From Cladosporium halotolerans (lineage: Eukaryota): a stretch of 64,000 bases of DNA. Each line of letters begins with the position of its first letter. Position 1 is the stretch's first letter. Under the pieces are notes generated by a model, which saw nothing but the letters and a program-made list of their open reading frames with translations, did no database searches and was not told the DNA's origin. This document shows, piece by piece, positions 1-12,483 of this stretch. The stretch lies in contig NW_027191453.1 of assembly GCF_011745625.1 (NCBI RefSeq), positions 1-64,000 of the forward strand. Reading direction: 5' to 3'. The translations under genes and the position numbers were made by a program.

Positions 1-612
1 GACAACTTCAAAACGCAATCCCACACAAACCACCCCTCGCACTCCCTCCTCTTCCACCTCCTCAAGCCCCTACTCCTCTCCCCCGCCTCAACCCCCTCGC
101 GCATCACCTCCGTCTCCTCAACAGGCCACCGCACGGCCCCCACCCGTCCAGACGACAACAACTTCGCCGACCCCTTACCCACAACCCTTGGCTCGCCCAC
201 GGCCAAGCCAAAACAGCCAACATCCACCTGGCCAACAGCACCACGCCGCGCGCGGCCTGACGGCGCTCTCGCCGCACCCGTGCGGCATCATGACGGGGCT
301 GGCTCGGCGTCTTCATTCCGCCCGAGGAGCGGGCGCGGCTCGTCACGCCGGCGACGAAGCGGTACGGTACGTGAAGAGCGCAGCGCAGGGGGCGGCGACG
401 GGCGTGTACGCTGCGGTCGGGGCGGAGTTCGAGGGACGGGGAGGGCTGTATTTGGCGGGTTTTGCGGTGCAGGGCCCGTTTCGGGGGAGGGATCCGATGG
501 CGATGGACGACGGGGGGGGGGGGGTTCGGCGGCGTGGGCGGTTGGTGGGGAGGGGGTGGAGAGGCTTTGGAGGGGTTCGTTGGGGATGGTTGGGTTGGAG
601 GGGGAGGAATAG
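1..612 (+). pseudogene. Frameshifted short-chain dehydrogenase/reductase (retinol dehydrogenase/WWOX-like) remnant, 5' end cut by the window edge
   Basis: SDR-like motifs are split across frames: frame 1 FKTQSHTNHPSHSLLFHLLKPLL..RITSVSSTGHR; frame 3 HNPWLAHGQAKTANIHLAN (YxxxK appears as HxxxK); frame 2 GLTALSPHPCGIMTGL..KSAAQGAATGVYAAVGAEFEGRGGLYL; frame 1 after the G13 run (512-524) AAWAVGGEGVERLWRGSLGMVG, TAG at 610-612. Confidence 0.8.
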
Positions 613-948
613 AGTGGTGCTGATGTGGTGATCTCGCAAGAGCAGGGTGGCGTTTAGCGTAGGCTTTTCGTTTGTAAGAGCGATTAGTCTCCTCTCAGTT
701 TTTTGTTACATCAACACAATTAAGATCGTTCTTCTATGCAATGAAGAGATGGGCCCAGACATGCGAGGTTAGTTGAACGTAATAATGGTATATTGATACA
801 AACATGCGCTTTTGGCAGGTTGTTGTACATGGTGTTATTTGGTCGTGGCTTGAAGCCACGTTTTGGATCCGCCCCTCCTCTTTGAAGTATACGCCCTTAA
901 GATGCGACCCAGCATCACTTGACCCCAATTCGCTGCGCTGTTGTGCGC

Positions 949-2115
949 TTAGTTGATGAACTTCCCGTAGAATGGAATGCCCATCGAAGTCAACAGCAGG
1001 CGAGCGTCCTGGTCCGTGGAGGCGCTCGTGTGGACGATGACGTGGCAACCGGGAATCATCTTGGGAGGGTACCTTACGCGATGTCAGTATTGAGTCATGC
1101 GACAGAATTGTATGAGATTGACTCACATGTCGTAGTTCACCTCCACCTCAGGGAACGATGCAACCTCCTCGGACGTGAAGCCAAAGGCGATGTTTCCAGA
1201 AGAATCACCCGAGCTTCCCTTAACACCTCTCCAGTCCTTGATCTTCGGCATGACCACATCGACGCATTTGCTCAAGAAGTGGTACATGTCCTCGCCGGTC
1301 AGGTCGCACGTGACGGAAAGGTGCTGACCTTGCCTCACGCCGAAGCCGGCGACAGATTTCTTGGTTGCGTGAGCGGTGGCGCGCACATTGGTGATGGCCT
1401 GCATAACCATGCCGGCAACGTGAAGGTGCGAGGAGTCGGACACGGCGTCCTTGACCATGGAGTGTACTGTGATACGCTCGATCTTGGGCACGTTGCGGAA
1501 CGTGATGGGTTTCCGCAGCAGCCTCAGCACATCGCCACCTCTGGGTCCGCGCAGATCGCGGTTCTTGAAGTATGGTGAAGCACCTTGCCATGACCGCAGG
1601 CGCTCGCCTTTTTGCGGAGCTTGGTATCCAGGCGGGTGGTGGACGTAGGCGAGGGTCATGAGATCGGGCTCGAGGGTGGAGGTGTAGGTTTGCTGGAGGC
1701 GCGGGAGAGAGTAGGGCCCGGGAATATACTCGCGCGAAGCGGGATCGGAGGGTTTGGGAGGTTGGTGAGGGTGAAGAGGGCCGCGGTAGTACTTGGGCGG
1801 ACGGAACTTGTATCTTGAGAATGTCAGTGAGCGAAGCGCAATGCAGAGACTCGGCGAAGCTTACCTGGAGGAAGGTGGTGTGCCGGCGAAACTGCGCTGG
1901 CGATGTAGAGGGTCATATTTGAGGTTTGCTGCTGTGGCAGGATCCTGCTTCACGAAGTCGGTGTCCTCGAGGTCTTGGATCTCCTGTGCGACGTGCGGGC
2001 TGGCGGTGTTGCTGGATGCGTATCGGCGGCATTGAAGGCCGGAGGCTTGCGCAAGTGCTGTGTCCTGCGTGCGCAATCGCCTCAAGAAAGAGGCGGTGAC
2101 CTCCTGTAGTGCCAT
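949..2115 (-). CDS. MRPL7: Mitochondrial large ribosomal subunit protein uL5m; 3 exons (2115-1865, 1813-1127, 1072-949)
   Basis: Arg-rich presequence-like N-terminus. L5 motifs VPKIERITVH, ATKKSVAGFGVRQG, VVMPKIKDWRG, GDSSGNIAFG, FPEVEVNYDMYPPKMIPG. GT-AG introns with CTGAC branch sites restore the frame. Confidence 0.93.
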
Positions 2116-3041
2116 GCCGGCGGCGAGTGTGGTGGTTGTGGTTGTGGGTGAAGTTGTGGGCGAGGGACGTCGCTCGCTATTGAAGCCGACTTTCCTGGCA
2201 GCCACAGCAGCAGGAAGGCGCGACGGGAGTGAGGATGTCCCAAAGCGGAAGGCACGCCGCATCCCGCAGCTTGCAGCAAACATCTCAGGCATCACGTGAT
2301 CATGCCTCGAAGCAGCGCGGGTTGACTCGCAAGTCGCAAGCGGGCGTTCCCTTATTAGCAGTGAAGCGGGACTCTCACGTGGTGTGATCGAGCCGGCGCC
2401 ACGCCCGGTGGCCTGTCAGGCAGCATCGCGCGAGTCGTCGCCCTCACGTCAGACCCCAGTGCAGCAGCTCTCTATGTAGGTATCAGCTCGTCTCGACTCC
2501 GCTGTGATTTTTAATGTTCTGTAGAGCACATCGTTTGCTTGCGCATGCTTTGACAATGCCGACGAATCTTCAATTAAGGTTTCAATACGCCCGACTCACT
2601 TCGCGGCGATAGGGCTATTGACGGCCAGCCACGCAGCCTCGCCCAGGGTCCAGAAGGGTCGCCTCGCAGCCTAGCAGAGCGGGAGGAACAAGCAGCCACA
2701 AGACGAATGCCAATGCCGCCTATGCGCCAGGCAGACCGACCGCCGCTCCCACCCGCCATGCATGTCATTTCCTGCACCACGCCGGACTTTCGCAACGCCC
2801 TCCACCAAAAGCAATAGCCCGCCCCTCGCCGACCTCTGCCCCGCCGCCGCTCCATGCCCGCTCGCATACCCGTCCGTTGAACTCAGTCTACACTGAGTGA
2901 ATCGTCACCCGCCAGAAGCGACCTCGCGCACTTCGTCACTACCGCAGGCAACGACGATCGACCGACCAATTCCGTAGTCTCTACGAATTGACCACTCCTT
3001 CCTGCATGGAGCGCACCTGATACCCCTGCGAACGCGAGACC

Positions 3042-5889
3042 ATGAGTGGGGTCCACCGCTTCCTCAGCCGGCGCGAGAAGAAGCACCACCACCAGCACCA
3101 CCCCAGCAAAGGCCACCCGCCTGAAAGAGTATGCATATTCTTCTTCCTCCTTCTTCATGCGCATCCGTCATGAGGGATCTCCTGGATCGCATCAAGGTCC
3201 GAGGACTGCACAGGCGCAGCGAGTCTCGCCCAAGCGCGAGCAACGGCTCCGGCGACCGCGAACCTCTACTGGTTGGGCGCAAGCGCCGTCGGAAGAGCTC
3301 TTCTATCTCGAGCATATTCGACGTGGCTGCTGCGAGCGACTCGCTCCGGCGCAGGCTGAGTCGCCGGAGCCGCAAAATCCTCAGAGTCGCATTGCTTTCT
3401 TTTGTCTCCAACCATGCGCAATCACTTGCTAACAGTCGCGCTTTTAGACCGTCGTCAAACCGGATCACTTCAGCGATGTGTTCACGCCGGCAGAGAAGGA
3501 CAGAAAGCAGCTTGACAAGGACGAGGAGAAGAAAGTAAAGTCCATCGTCGCCCGGTTACAAAGCTATGGCATCCAGAACATCTGCGACGACAACGTCGAA
3601 TATGCGCTGCGGGCCGAGTCTTCAAAGGGCGACCCCGATGCTGCTTTCCGACTGCTCATGCTGTTGGAGGAGACGTATGAGGGCATTGTGCGACCGTTCG
3701 ACCCGAACACGAAACTGCTAGGCGCCGAGAATCGTGAGTCCGTGACATGTTTCTTAGATTCGCTGCTCTTTGGCATGTTCGCGCGGCTGGACAGCTTTGA
3801 AGCTATGCTGTACGAAGGCTTCGAGGATCCTCCACGTCGCAAACTCGCCGGTTTCTTGCGACTGTGGGTCAATTTGCTCCGATCAGGCAGATTAATCACT
3901 ACCGACATTACCAAGCATTTACAAGAAGCGCTCGCCGAGTGCGGCTGGAAAGAAGCAGCAGAACTCAGACAGCAAGATCCCTCCGAGGCTTTCGGCTTTA
4001 TCACCGGACAGCTAGAACTACCATTACTTACACTGAAGATGGACCTTTACCACACTGGAAAGGAAGACCCTCAGGACGATCACAAATTTGTCAACGAGAG
4101 GTTGTTAGAAGTCGCAATCTTGGATGAGCCTCGGGAAGGCGGTAGCGTCATCACTTTAGAAGATTGCCTCGAGCATTATTTCAACAACCGGATAGAGGTC
4201 AAGCGGCATATGGAGCAACAGCGGAGGAACACATTGCAAGGCTCAAGTCGAGAAGAAGCTCTTAGGGCATACGAGGGCGACGAAAAGGCCGAGAACGCCC
4301 TACATGTTGAGATCGCCGAGGTGCCGGACACACCGGTGGTCTCGACGCCCGTCGCAGAGGCCCCCACAAGTCCTAATAAGACGGCTGTGGACAAGCTGCG
4401 ACCGGGCAGTGGCAGGAAGCGAGCGGACAGCATTTTCAGTCAGCGGAAAGTGCAGTTGGAGGGAAGCGATGCCAGCAAGCCTGCGGTGGACGACTCGGAA
4501 CCTTCGCGCGACAAGAAAGACCGTCGGATGAGTACGAGAACAGAAGTACTGATGCCGGCGTGGCAGTTCTTCAAGCTTTTGCCGTGGTACACGGACAACA
4601 TGCCAACATCTGATGCTCAGGTGGCGGCTCACTTTTCGAGGAAACGACCTGTTTTGGGCATTGCGCTGAAACGTTATTCTTACACCAACGATGGGCAAGC
4701 CAAGAAGCGCGACACATATGTGGACATCCCCTTGGAGATCGCAGTCCCTAATTTCGTCAGCGACGACAACATGCAAGATGAAGGACCGCTCGTTGGAAAT
4801 TTCCGGCTTATGCTGCAGTCCGTAATCTGCCACCGTGGCGTGTCCGTACACTCAGGGCATTATGTCTGCCTCAGCAGAGGCAGTGCGCCAAATGCTTCAC
4901 GACACTCATCAAATGATCGCCAAGGGAGTGACAGCAGCCCTGATGACTTCGAGGACCCGTGGATGCGATTCGACGATCTCGCCCCCGAGCGCGTATCGTA
5001 TGTCAACATTCATGAGGCTCTCAGGGAAGAGACTCCTTATCTACTCTTCTATCAAGTACAACCGATCGGCGACGATGGTCACAGCATACACGACTTACCC
5101 ACCTATGCCGAGGCGACCTCGCGATCTCATTCCGACGCCATGCCGTTGGAGAAGAACGCGGACCTCAGCGACTCCGACATTGCCCTCGTGGAAACGAACT
5201 CTGCCCTCGGCCGCGCATTCGCAACAGGCAGTGAATCAACCGACTTCGGCTTGACCTCCGCTCGCAACAGCCTCGACGTAAATGCAGCCCTAAACTCGAA
5301 TCCAAGAGGCCGCTCATCGCGAGAGCACCCTCGCCGCCGCAGCATCGCCTTCGACGAGTCCACCCTCGGCGGCTCCGCTTCCAACACCAGCATGGCCTCC
5401 GCCTCAGTCCCTGCAACCCCAGTCGAAGAGAAAGGCAACGCTTTCCTCGCCGTAGCGAAGAACCTCGGCACCCGCCGCACAAGCCGAAACAGCCGCTCGC
5501 GACCCACGTCCGCCGGTCCAGCTGAGAAAGACAAAGACCGCGAGCGCGAGTCCTCCCGCTTCAGCCTCAACATGTCCAAACTCAGCCTGCGCATGTCGCG
5601 CGCGGACGCAGCCGCCGCCGCCGCCGCCGCTGCGGCGAGCAACAGCAGCGCGAACTCGCCCATCCAGCCCTCGGACTCCGTCGCGGCGGAGCTGAGCAAG
5701 GAGAAAGACGCCGACCCGCCGCCTCCGTTCTCCGCGCCGGCTTCGGAAGACGGACACGCTGACAACGGGAGCAAGGAGAACCTCGGGTCGCCGGCGAAAG
5801 CGAAGGGCAAGAAGGAGAAGAAGAAGCACGGGCATGGGCTCTCGCACTCGAAGGGCGGGCATGAGGACCGGGATTGCATTGTTATGTGA
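3042..5889 (+). CDS. Ubiquitin C-terminal hydrolase (USP, CYLD-like); exon 1 3042-3128, intron 3129-3447, exon 2 3448-5889
   Basis: Cys box NRESVTCFLDSLLFGMF, QQDPSEAF, His box CHRGVSVHSGHY, WMRFDD, PYLLFYQ. Phase-0 intron GTATGC...GCTAAC...TTTTAG. C-terminus CIVM* resembles a CaaX motif. Confidence 0.88.
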
Positions 5890-6427
5890 GCGCAGACCGG
5901 CAATTTTTTCCGGGCATTTTGTTTGTTGCTGTTTGGTTTTGCAGCGAGTGGTTTGAGCGCGTTTTGTGCTATGCATGCGGGATGGGTAATGTGAATTGGG
6001 AAGGGGGTCTGTTGAGCGTTCTTCATTGGTTCGGTTCTTGTTTACAATGGGCGTTCTGGAATCATGGATCATGGCATTTCGAGCAGCTTCTTTCAGGTCA
6101 CAATGAGCATCAGGCAGATGTTTTGGAATCGAAGAATTGGATACCGAATTGCAGGTGTTGGTTGCCCTCGGTCTTGGTTTGTCAAATGTTGAATCCTCAC
6201 TACATTACTACTCCTCGCCATCGGTACGTTGCTGTCTTTTTCTCATTATCGCTCGTCGAATGCAATACTCAAATCAAACCTAAACAAGAAACGCCATCGC
6301 TATGTCGCGCCGACTAAGAAGTCCAGCCAGCGTAATAACCTCAAAAAACCTTAGAAATATGAACAGCATCAACAAACTCTCATCGAACCAACCAATTCCC
6401 ACCTCTTCTCCACATCTCCCTCCCAAC

Positions 6428-8551
6428 TCACCTCTCCGCCCTCTGCTTCCCATTCCCATCCCCACTCCCCCCACCGCGCGTAAACAAATCCCCCAAAGTG
6501 GCACTCAGACTCCTCGCCCTCAGCGCCTCCGGCGTCCTGCGCCTCCCGCTCCCGTCCCTCAGAGGCCTCTGCTCGTCCTCCTCGTCCTCGTCCTGCGACA
6601 GCGTCCCCGAGGCGATCGAATGCCGCTTCGCAGCGGGGTACGGCTGGCCGCGCGAAGTCGTGTTCCGACGCACGGGGCGCGCGGTCCCGCGCGGGTTGTC
6701 GACGCCGCGGCGGAGCGAGTCCGCGACGATGGCGCTGAGACTCGAGGAGAGGGGCGAGGTGAGCGGGCCGAGGTCGGGCAGCAGGGTCGTGATGGAGTTG
6801 CGGGCGAGGGCGGCGCGGTGCGGGGAGATGTTGGGGTCGAGGGTTGTGGGCTCGGCGGTCAGGCGGTTTTGGGGCGTGCGCGGGGGTTCGGCGGAGGGGG
6901 TTGTGGTTGTGCGGGGGGTTTCGGGGCGGGTTGGTGGGGGCAGGGTGGGGATTACGGGCGCGGAGGTCGTGGCGTGCATTGGGGAGCGCTTGGTTGGGTC
7001 GGTCGTGGTTGTTGCTTCGAGGTCGGCGGCGGAGGCGGCGTGGATTGCGCTGCGGTTTGCGGGGCCGGGTTCGAGGCTGTAGGGTTCTGTGGAGAGGTGG
7101 GTGGGGTTTTTGGGGGTTGAGGGGGCGAAGTCCGGCGTGATGACGAGGGAGGGTGGGATGTCGACGGCGCTGTTGATGCGGTGGGTTCGTGAGGGGGCGG
7201 TCTTCGCGGAGGATTTGGTGGTTGAGTTGCGGCGTTCGTGGTCGACCAGGCCGACAGTGCCTTCCTCGTCGGCTTTGTCCATGTCGTTATCCTCGTCATC
7301 GTCGTCAGAGCGGCCGGAGGTGATGCACCAGACACCCAGGAAAGTGAGAGCGCAACCACCGACGAACTTTCCGGCGTCTTCGGCGCTCTCTCGTTCAAAA
7401 TCGCGGTAGAGGATGGCGCTGCCAATGATCACAGAGAGCGTGAACATGACAAACTGCGTCGGAATGACCATGGTTGCGTTGAACCGCTGCAGGGCTCTGT
7501 TGACGTACTTGATCTGCATGATAGCGGTCGAAACCAAAACAGCCACCAAGAGGTACGTGATCGGGAATGTGATCACGCGCCATATCTTGTTCGATAGAAG
7601 TGAGGCAACACCCTTCGTAGAGAGAGCAGTGTAGCCACCGAAAAGACCAACAAGTCCAAGGTCGATCAGGATGCTCTTCTCGCCATACTTGTTGCTGGCA
7701 ATGACGAGCACGATGATGAGGAAAACGGTGATCCCAAGGTAGGTCTCGAATTCCCAGGTGGTAATGAGATCCCAGATGGTGTCCGGATCCAGTCGCGGGT
7801 TGCTGTCGCTGGCGGAGAGAACTACCGTCACACAGCCTGCAACGGCTATCACCACACCCGCAGCATCTCTCCACCGGAACTTCTCATGCAACAGCAGCGG
7901 CGCGATGAGACAGTTCGAGATCAGCGCCACAACGCCCAGAGGCGACACAATGGACGCCGGGGCGAAGCCATACGCCAGGAAGTTACCGGCCTCTCCGAGC
8001 ACCATCATCGAGATTCCGAGCCACCAGATAGGCGATTTGAGATAGCTCTTGCTCTTACCCTCCTCTTCGCCCTTCTCGTCGCCGCCGTTTGGCAGAGATG
8101 ATCCCGCCGTCGAAGAGCTCGACTTTCTCCGATCGATGTGCGGTATCAGCGGATCGCCCTCGTGCGCCTCCTCTTCTTCAAGCTCCAGCTGCCCGTTCTC
8201 CGGCCCTTGCCTCTCGTTCTCTCTCGCGCGCTCTTCAGCGATCTCTTCCTGCTGCGTGCCATACGTTTTCATGCCGCCTGTGCCGTTCGTGCCATTTTTG
8301 CTCTTCCTCCGCTCCGACCTGTGGTCTTCCGCCTCTGCATCCGCATCCCGGCTCAGCCGCAAGTGTGCGTACCTCTGCGTATTCAAGGCGAACGAGATGA
8401 GGATGTTTCCCACGATCGCCGTGATGATCCCGATAAGGCTCGACCAGTCTTGCGAGCTCAAATCAGAGCCCTTCCCAAATCCGAAAGAAGCCTGTCGCAC
8501 GCTGTCTCCGTTCGCCGACACATGCGCAGTCGATGTCGTAGGTATGTACAT
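6428..8551 (-). CDS. NIPA-family (DUF803) magnesium transporter
   Basis: 707-aa ORF with YLKSPIWWLG, GEAGNFLAYGFAPASIVSPLG, QIKYVNRALQRFNATMVIPTQFV and multiple TM helices; Pro/Thr-rich tail. Confidence 0.92.
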   Translation of the reverse strand: MYIPTTSTAHVSANGDSVRQASFGFGKGSDLSSQDWSSLIGIITAIVGNILISFALNTQRYAHLRLSRDADAEAEDHRSERRKSKNGTNGTGGMKTYGTQQEEIAEERARENERQGPENGQLELEEEEAHEGDPLIPHIDRRKSSSSTAGSSLPNGGDEKGEEEGKSKSYLKSPIWWLGISMMVLGEAGNFLAYGFAPASIVSPLGVVALISNCLIAPLLLHEKFRWRDAAGVVIAVAGCVTVVLSASDSNPRLDPDTIWDLITTWEFETYLGITVFLIIVLVIASNKYGEKSILIDLGLVGLFGGYTALSTKGVASLLSNKIWRVITFPITYLLVAVLVSTAIMQIKYVNRALQRFNATMVIPTQFVMFTLSVIIGSAILYRDFERESAEDAGKFVGGCALTFLGVWCITSGRSDDDDEDNDMDKADEEGTVGLVDHERRNSTTKSSAKTAPSRTHRINSAVDIPPSLVITPDFAPSTPKNPTHLSTEPYSLEPGPANRSAIHAASAADLEATTTTDPTKRSPMHATTSAPVIPTLPPPTRPETPRTTTTPSAEPPRTPQNRLTAEPTTLDPNISPHRAALARNSITTLLPDLGPLTSPLSSSLSAIVADSLRRGVDNPRGTARPVRRNTTSRGQPYPAAKRHSIASGTLSQDEDEEDEQRPLRDGSGRRRTPEALRARSLSATLGDLFTRGGGSGDGNGKQRAER

Positions 8552-9174
8552 AGCGGCGGCGCGAGAGCTGGCTGCCTAGCCGAGAGCCGCTGTCTGTTCT
8601 GCGAGATGGTCTCTCGTGTTCGAAGGTGCGTCGGCTAGCACATCGCGCTGTGCGTTACAGCAGGCGGGAGATACAGGACGGCGAGTCGCACGAGAATACC
8701 GCGCTGGCGCAGAAAGTGTGGCCGAGATAGTTACAGTGACATCTGAGGCGTCAGAGCTCGGACGGACTAGCTCGCCGTTAGCCGTGCCCTGATATCAGGC
8801 GCATCCTTGGTGCTGGCTGGATGACGGAGGCCGTGCCGTGCATGATGCTCGCGCTAGGCGAGGTCGAAGTCTAAGCGCAGCCGCCGAAGATGAGGCTTAG
8901 AACAATGGGATGCCTGCTTCTTTTGTCAGGGTTGTAACACGACGAGCAGGGGCTTTGAAATTTCGCTGTATTACTTCGTCATACTGCAACTTCTATGCAA
9001 TGATCCGTTTGTCTATCGATATTCGTTCCACGTATTCCGCCATCGTACATCCTTAAAGGTATTTTGCAATTTCCAAACACATTTACCGTGGTTGAGTTCC
9101 AAACAAGAAGCCATTTCAAAGACGCCGAGATGTCGTAATACAACCTGCAATGCTCCAATTCCCGCAAAGATGCA

Positions 9175-11107
9175 CTAAAATCCAAAATCAAATCCGCCCT
9201 CCTCGTCTTTCTCCCTCAACTCCACAAACTTCCGCCAGGTGTTGGTGAGCACGAGGTACTTGATGCTCGACTCCGCCTCGTCGAATACGTGCTCGTCAAA
9301 CCCAGGGATGTCAATACCACGGCCATTGGTCTGCGGCGAGAGATCAGGCCGGTCTTCCAACCGATACGGCTTGCTTTCGCTCATGACCATTTTGACAGCG
9401 CTATTATTCGAGGACAGAGATCCAAAGGTTGTATCAGCCGACGATGGAGGAGTTGCAGTCACGGTCGTTGTAACCGACCCAGCTTTCTTCTGGTCCGCCC
9501 AGGGCGTCGCAGGAGGGGTGGAGTAGAGGCTCGGCGGGGCGCGGTCTCTGATCTTGCGGACGGCGAAGCCACTCAAGCCGTTGAGCACGTCGGGGCTGAA
9601 GATCCTCGCGAGCTCTTTGCGCATGTGGCCTTCGATGTTGATGGGGAAGTCGGCGGTCTTCTCGTCGACAGACTCGGCGAAGATCTCGACTGCCATTTTG
9701 AAGAGGCGGACTTGCGCGTCTTCCGTGACTTTGCCAGTGTCGGGGTTCCGAGGGGCGGAGGCCCATGCTTGTCGCCAGTCTCTCACTGATGTCAGAAAGA
9801 CGATGTTCTCGGCGGTGAAGTCTTTCTTCGCAGCGTAGTGCAGCAGAGGTGTGGGATTTACGATGAGGGCACGCTCGAGCGCGAGCATGGAATATAGCCT
9901 GCCGACGGATGCGGAGTTCAGCTCGTCGAACAGATCGCTGGTGGAGGTTCTAGGTTGTCTCCGATCTCCTTTTTCAGATATGAAGGAAGTGGCGCGGAGA
10001 GTAGATCCAGTGCTGCTGAACGAGTCGACTCGCTTGAGCATAGAATTGCGCTGCTCAAAGATTTCGAAGATGGGGAAGAACACGGTGGCGAACTGCATGA
10101 CGATGATTCCAGGCGCAAGCCACATCGGAGGTACGAACCAGGGGTTGACAGGCTTGAAAGCCTTCGAGAAGACGGAGGCTATCCACAAGGGTGACCCGGG
10201 CAACCTGCGATGCTGTTAGTGTGCTAGATGAAGAAACGAACTTCTGCAAGACATACCCAGAGACAATGCACAGAATCGTTTGCAAGCGCCAACGGTGAGC
10301 ATCGCGAATGTGTCGGATACGGTAGAGCTCGTAGGGTCCGTAGATCCAAGTCCAGAACAACTGCCAGAAAGCGCTGGGTACCCACTCCACCGTCTTACGG
10401 CATTTTACCTGCCCCTTATTGAACGGAATTTGTCCATAACTTGACCAATCACCCTGCAGAGTCGGCGACGTCGCATATATGGCAGATGTGACAATAAGCT
10501 ACCACGTGTCAGAGGCAGCTCGGAATCGCAAAGATCGTCGAGTAGCAGCGAGGACGTACCTGGATGATCATGCCAATCGCAATGAAAATGTAGCTCTTCT
10601 GTGCTTGCGTGAGTCGGCTGCCAGACTGAAGCACTCTGCGGAACCAGCTCTGACTAGCCAATGCTGGTGTGCCGTTGTGTGAGGTTTGGCGGAGGAGCAG
10701 GCATTCTTGCTGCTCGGCGACGCTTCGTAGCTGGGTGACGTTGGCCTGGAAGAGAGCAATACCGAATGGGAGGTATATGCTCATAATCCAAAACTCGGCG
10801 CTGCAGAGGAAGTGTCCATTTGTGGTATAGGCCAACAAAATCTTGACCAGATAGATGTGCAGGAAAAAAGTTGATGTGATCGCGATTGGCAGGTTGCGGA
10901 TTCGGACGAAAGGCGATCGTCGATACCAGACCAAACAGATGATACCGGCGAGCAGGGCGACCGTCCACGCGATTGTCACGCCTGCGTACAATTTGCCTGG
11001 TCGTTGTTAGCGTTGTCAATCAGACCGTCGTGGTGGGTGCTAAGCATACCCAGACCGTCCCAGTTGACCAGAGAGCCCCAATTTCGTCCCAGAGGGTTGA
11101 TCTGCAT
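9175..11107 (-). CDS. 7TM receptor with C-terminal RGS domain (GprK/class VI GPCR type); 4 exons (~11107-11050, ~10996-10560, 10498-10257, 10204-9175)
   Basis: TM segments including VRIRNLP, CSAEFWIMSIYLPFGIALFQ, IRDAHRWRLQT. RGS motifs KDFTAENIVFL, FPINIEG, VFDEAESSIKYLVLTNTWRKFV. Three canonical introns join in frame. Confidence 0.88.
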
Positions 11108-12483
11108 TGTGACAAGAGAGAGGACTAGCAGTAGACGATCCCTACTGGCGAGTGGGTCGAATCACACCAAGAATGCAAGACGATGATCCTCCACGTTGGT
11201 TCGGGGCGATCAGCCTATGTTATAGCGAACGCTATGCATTTGGAATGTCAAACCTGCGAGATGCCATGCGGCAAACACGAGGGCGCGAACACCCCCTCTT
11301 CTCGAGTTTAAGACCAGATGCTATCATAGTGCGGAGGCGTGTATCACTGTAGAAGCGAAGTGGCGTGACGGTGCTACGGAGGCCGATTGGTGGTTGAGGG
11401 CGTGATGGGGCAGGTTTTCGGGCTAGAGGCGCCTCACGGCAGTGGCGTTCGCAGCAGCTGCAGGCGTCGTCCCGAGAGAGCCTAGCCGCACCAGATGTCT
11501 GGAATCGATCGCGTGCATGTGGGGACTCGATATCGGGCGGTGCCAGATGGGCCTGAAATAGCCTGCACGCAGCTTTCTGAAGTGGCGTCTGGTATAGCTC
11601 CCCGAGTGCCTGGCAAGATGCAGGAACGGCACGGCTGTGAACTTGTTGCAGCCGGACGCAAGATTCCGCGCCCAACAGCGAAGCTGCTGCAGGAGTCTGT
11701 TATCGAGGACGGTCCGTGTTATATGATACACGACGCGTCTTTCACGCGATGCGCCGGTGGTGGAAGAGATACAGAACTCAAGAAGCGTAGGCATGCAGCA
11801 TCCCGCCGGGAGACGCACGCCCATTTGCAGGGGCCCGCGGCAGCACACGCCGGGGTTTCCGCCATCTAGATCACAGCCAGCCCGTCGGTATACAGCCTGG
11901 TGATATAGGCATTCCGAGTTCCGCTACGAGTGCATCGAGCGCGTCTCACAATAATGATAGTGCTGGTGAGCCCCTGCTCGAGAGCTCCATTCCAGAAGCA
12001 AGCATCTCCCAGGGGCTTGGCCCCAAAGTATGGACACTTCTTTGGTGCCTTGGTCACGTTTCCTGCGCAACGACAGTCATAAGGCATGCCATCCTGCACG
12101 GAAATAGTGTGACATCCCACAGCAGACGCCCCCTCCATCGAGATCTGTCCATCTGCGACGAAGCTTCGATCGCCGCCCTCCAGGCTGCCGAGGCATGCCT
12201 CAGCCCTGACAGAGAGGCCGGGCCCCCATGTCCGCCGAGCAGAACCGAAGCGGGGCGACGAGCGATCGCCGAGCAGTATGAGCTTGTTTGCGACTGCTAG
12301 GGCCAACCTGTGCCCGTCATTCGACAGAACGTCGGCGCAACGAGGCCCTGTCAGCTGAGACAGCTGTCCTCCATCACCCTCCTGCTGACATGTGTTGATA
12401 TTGCCAATTTTCATTGTACAGAAATCTTGTCGATTGAATATAGCCGCTGGTAGGCTATACGCAACTTGTCTCTTTTCCCCGCC

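Noticed and set aside
2291..2381. CACGTG E-box palindromes in the MRPL7/USP divergent promoter
   Set aside because: Plausible bHLH sites, but too short and common to support without conservation data.
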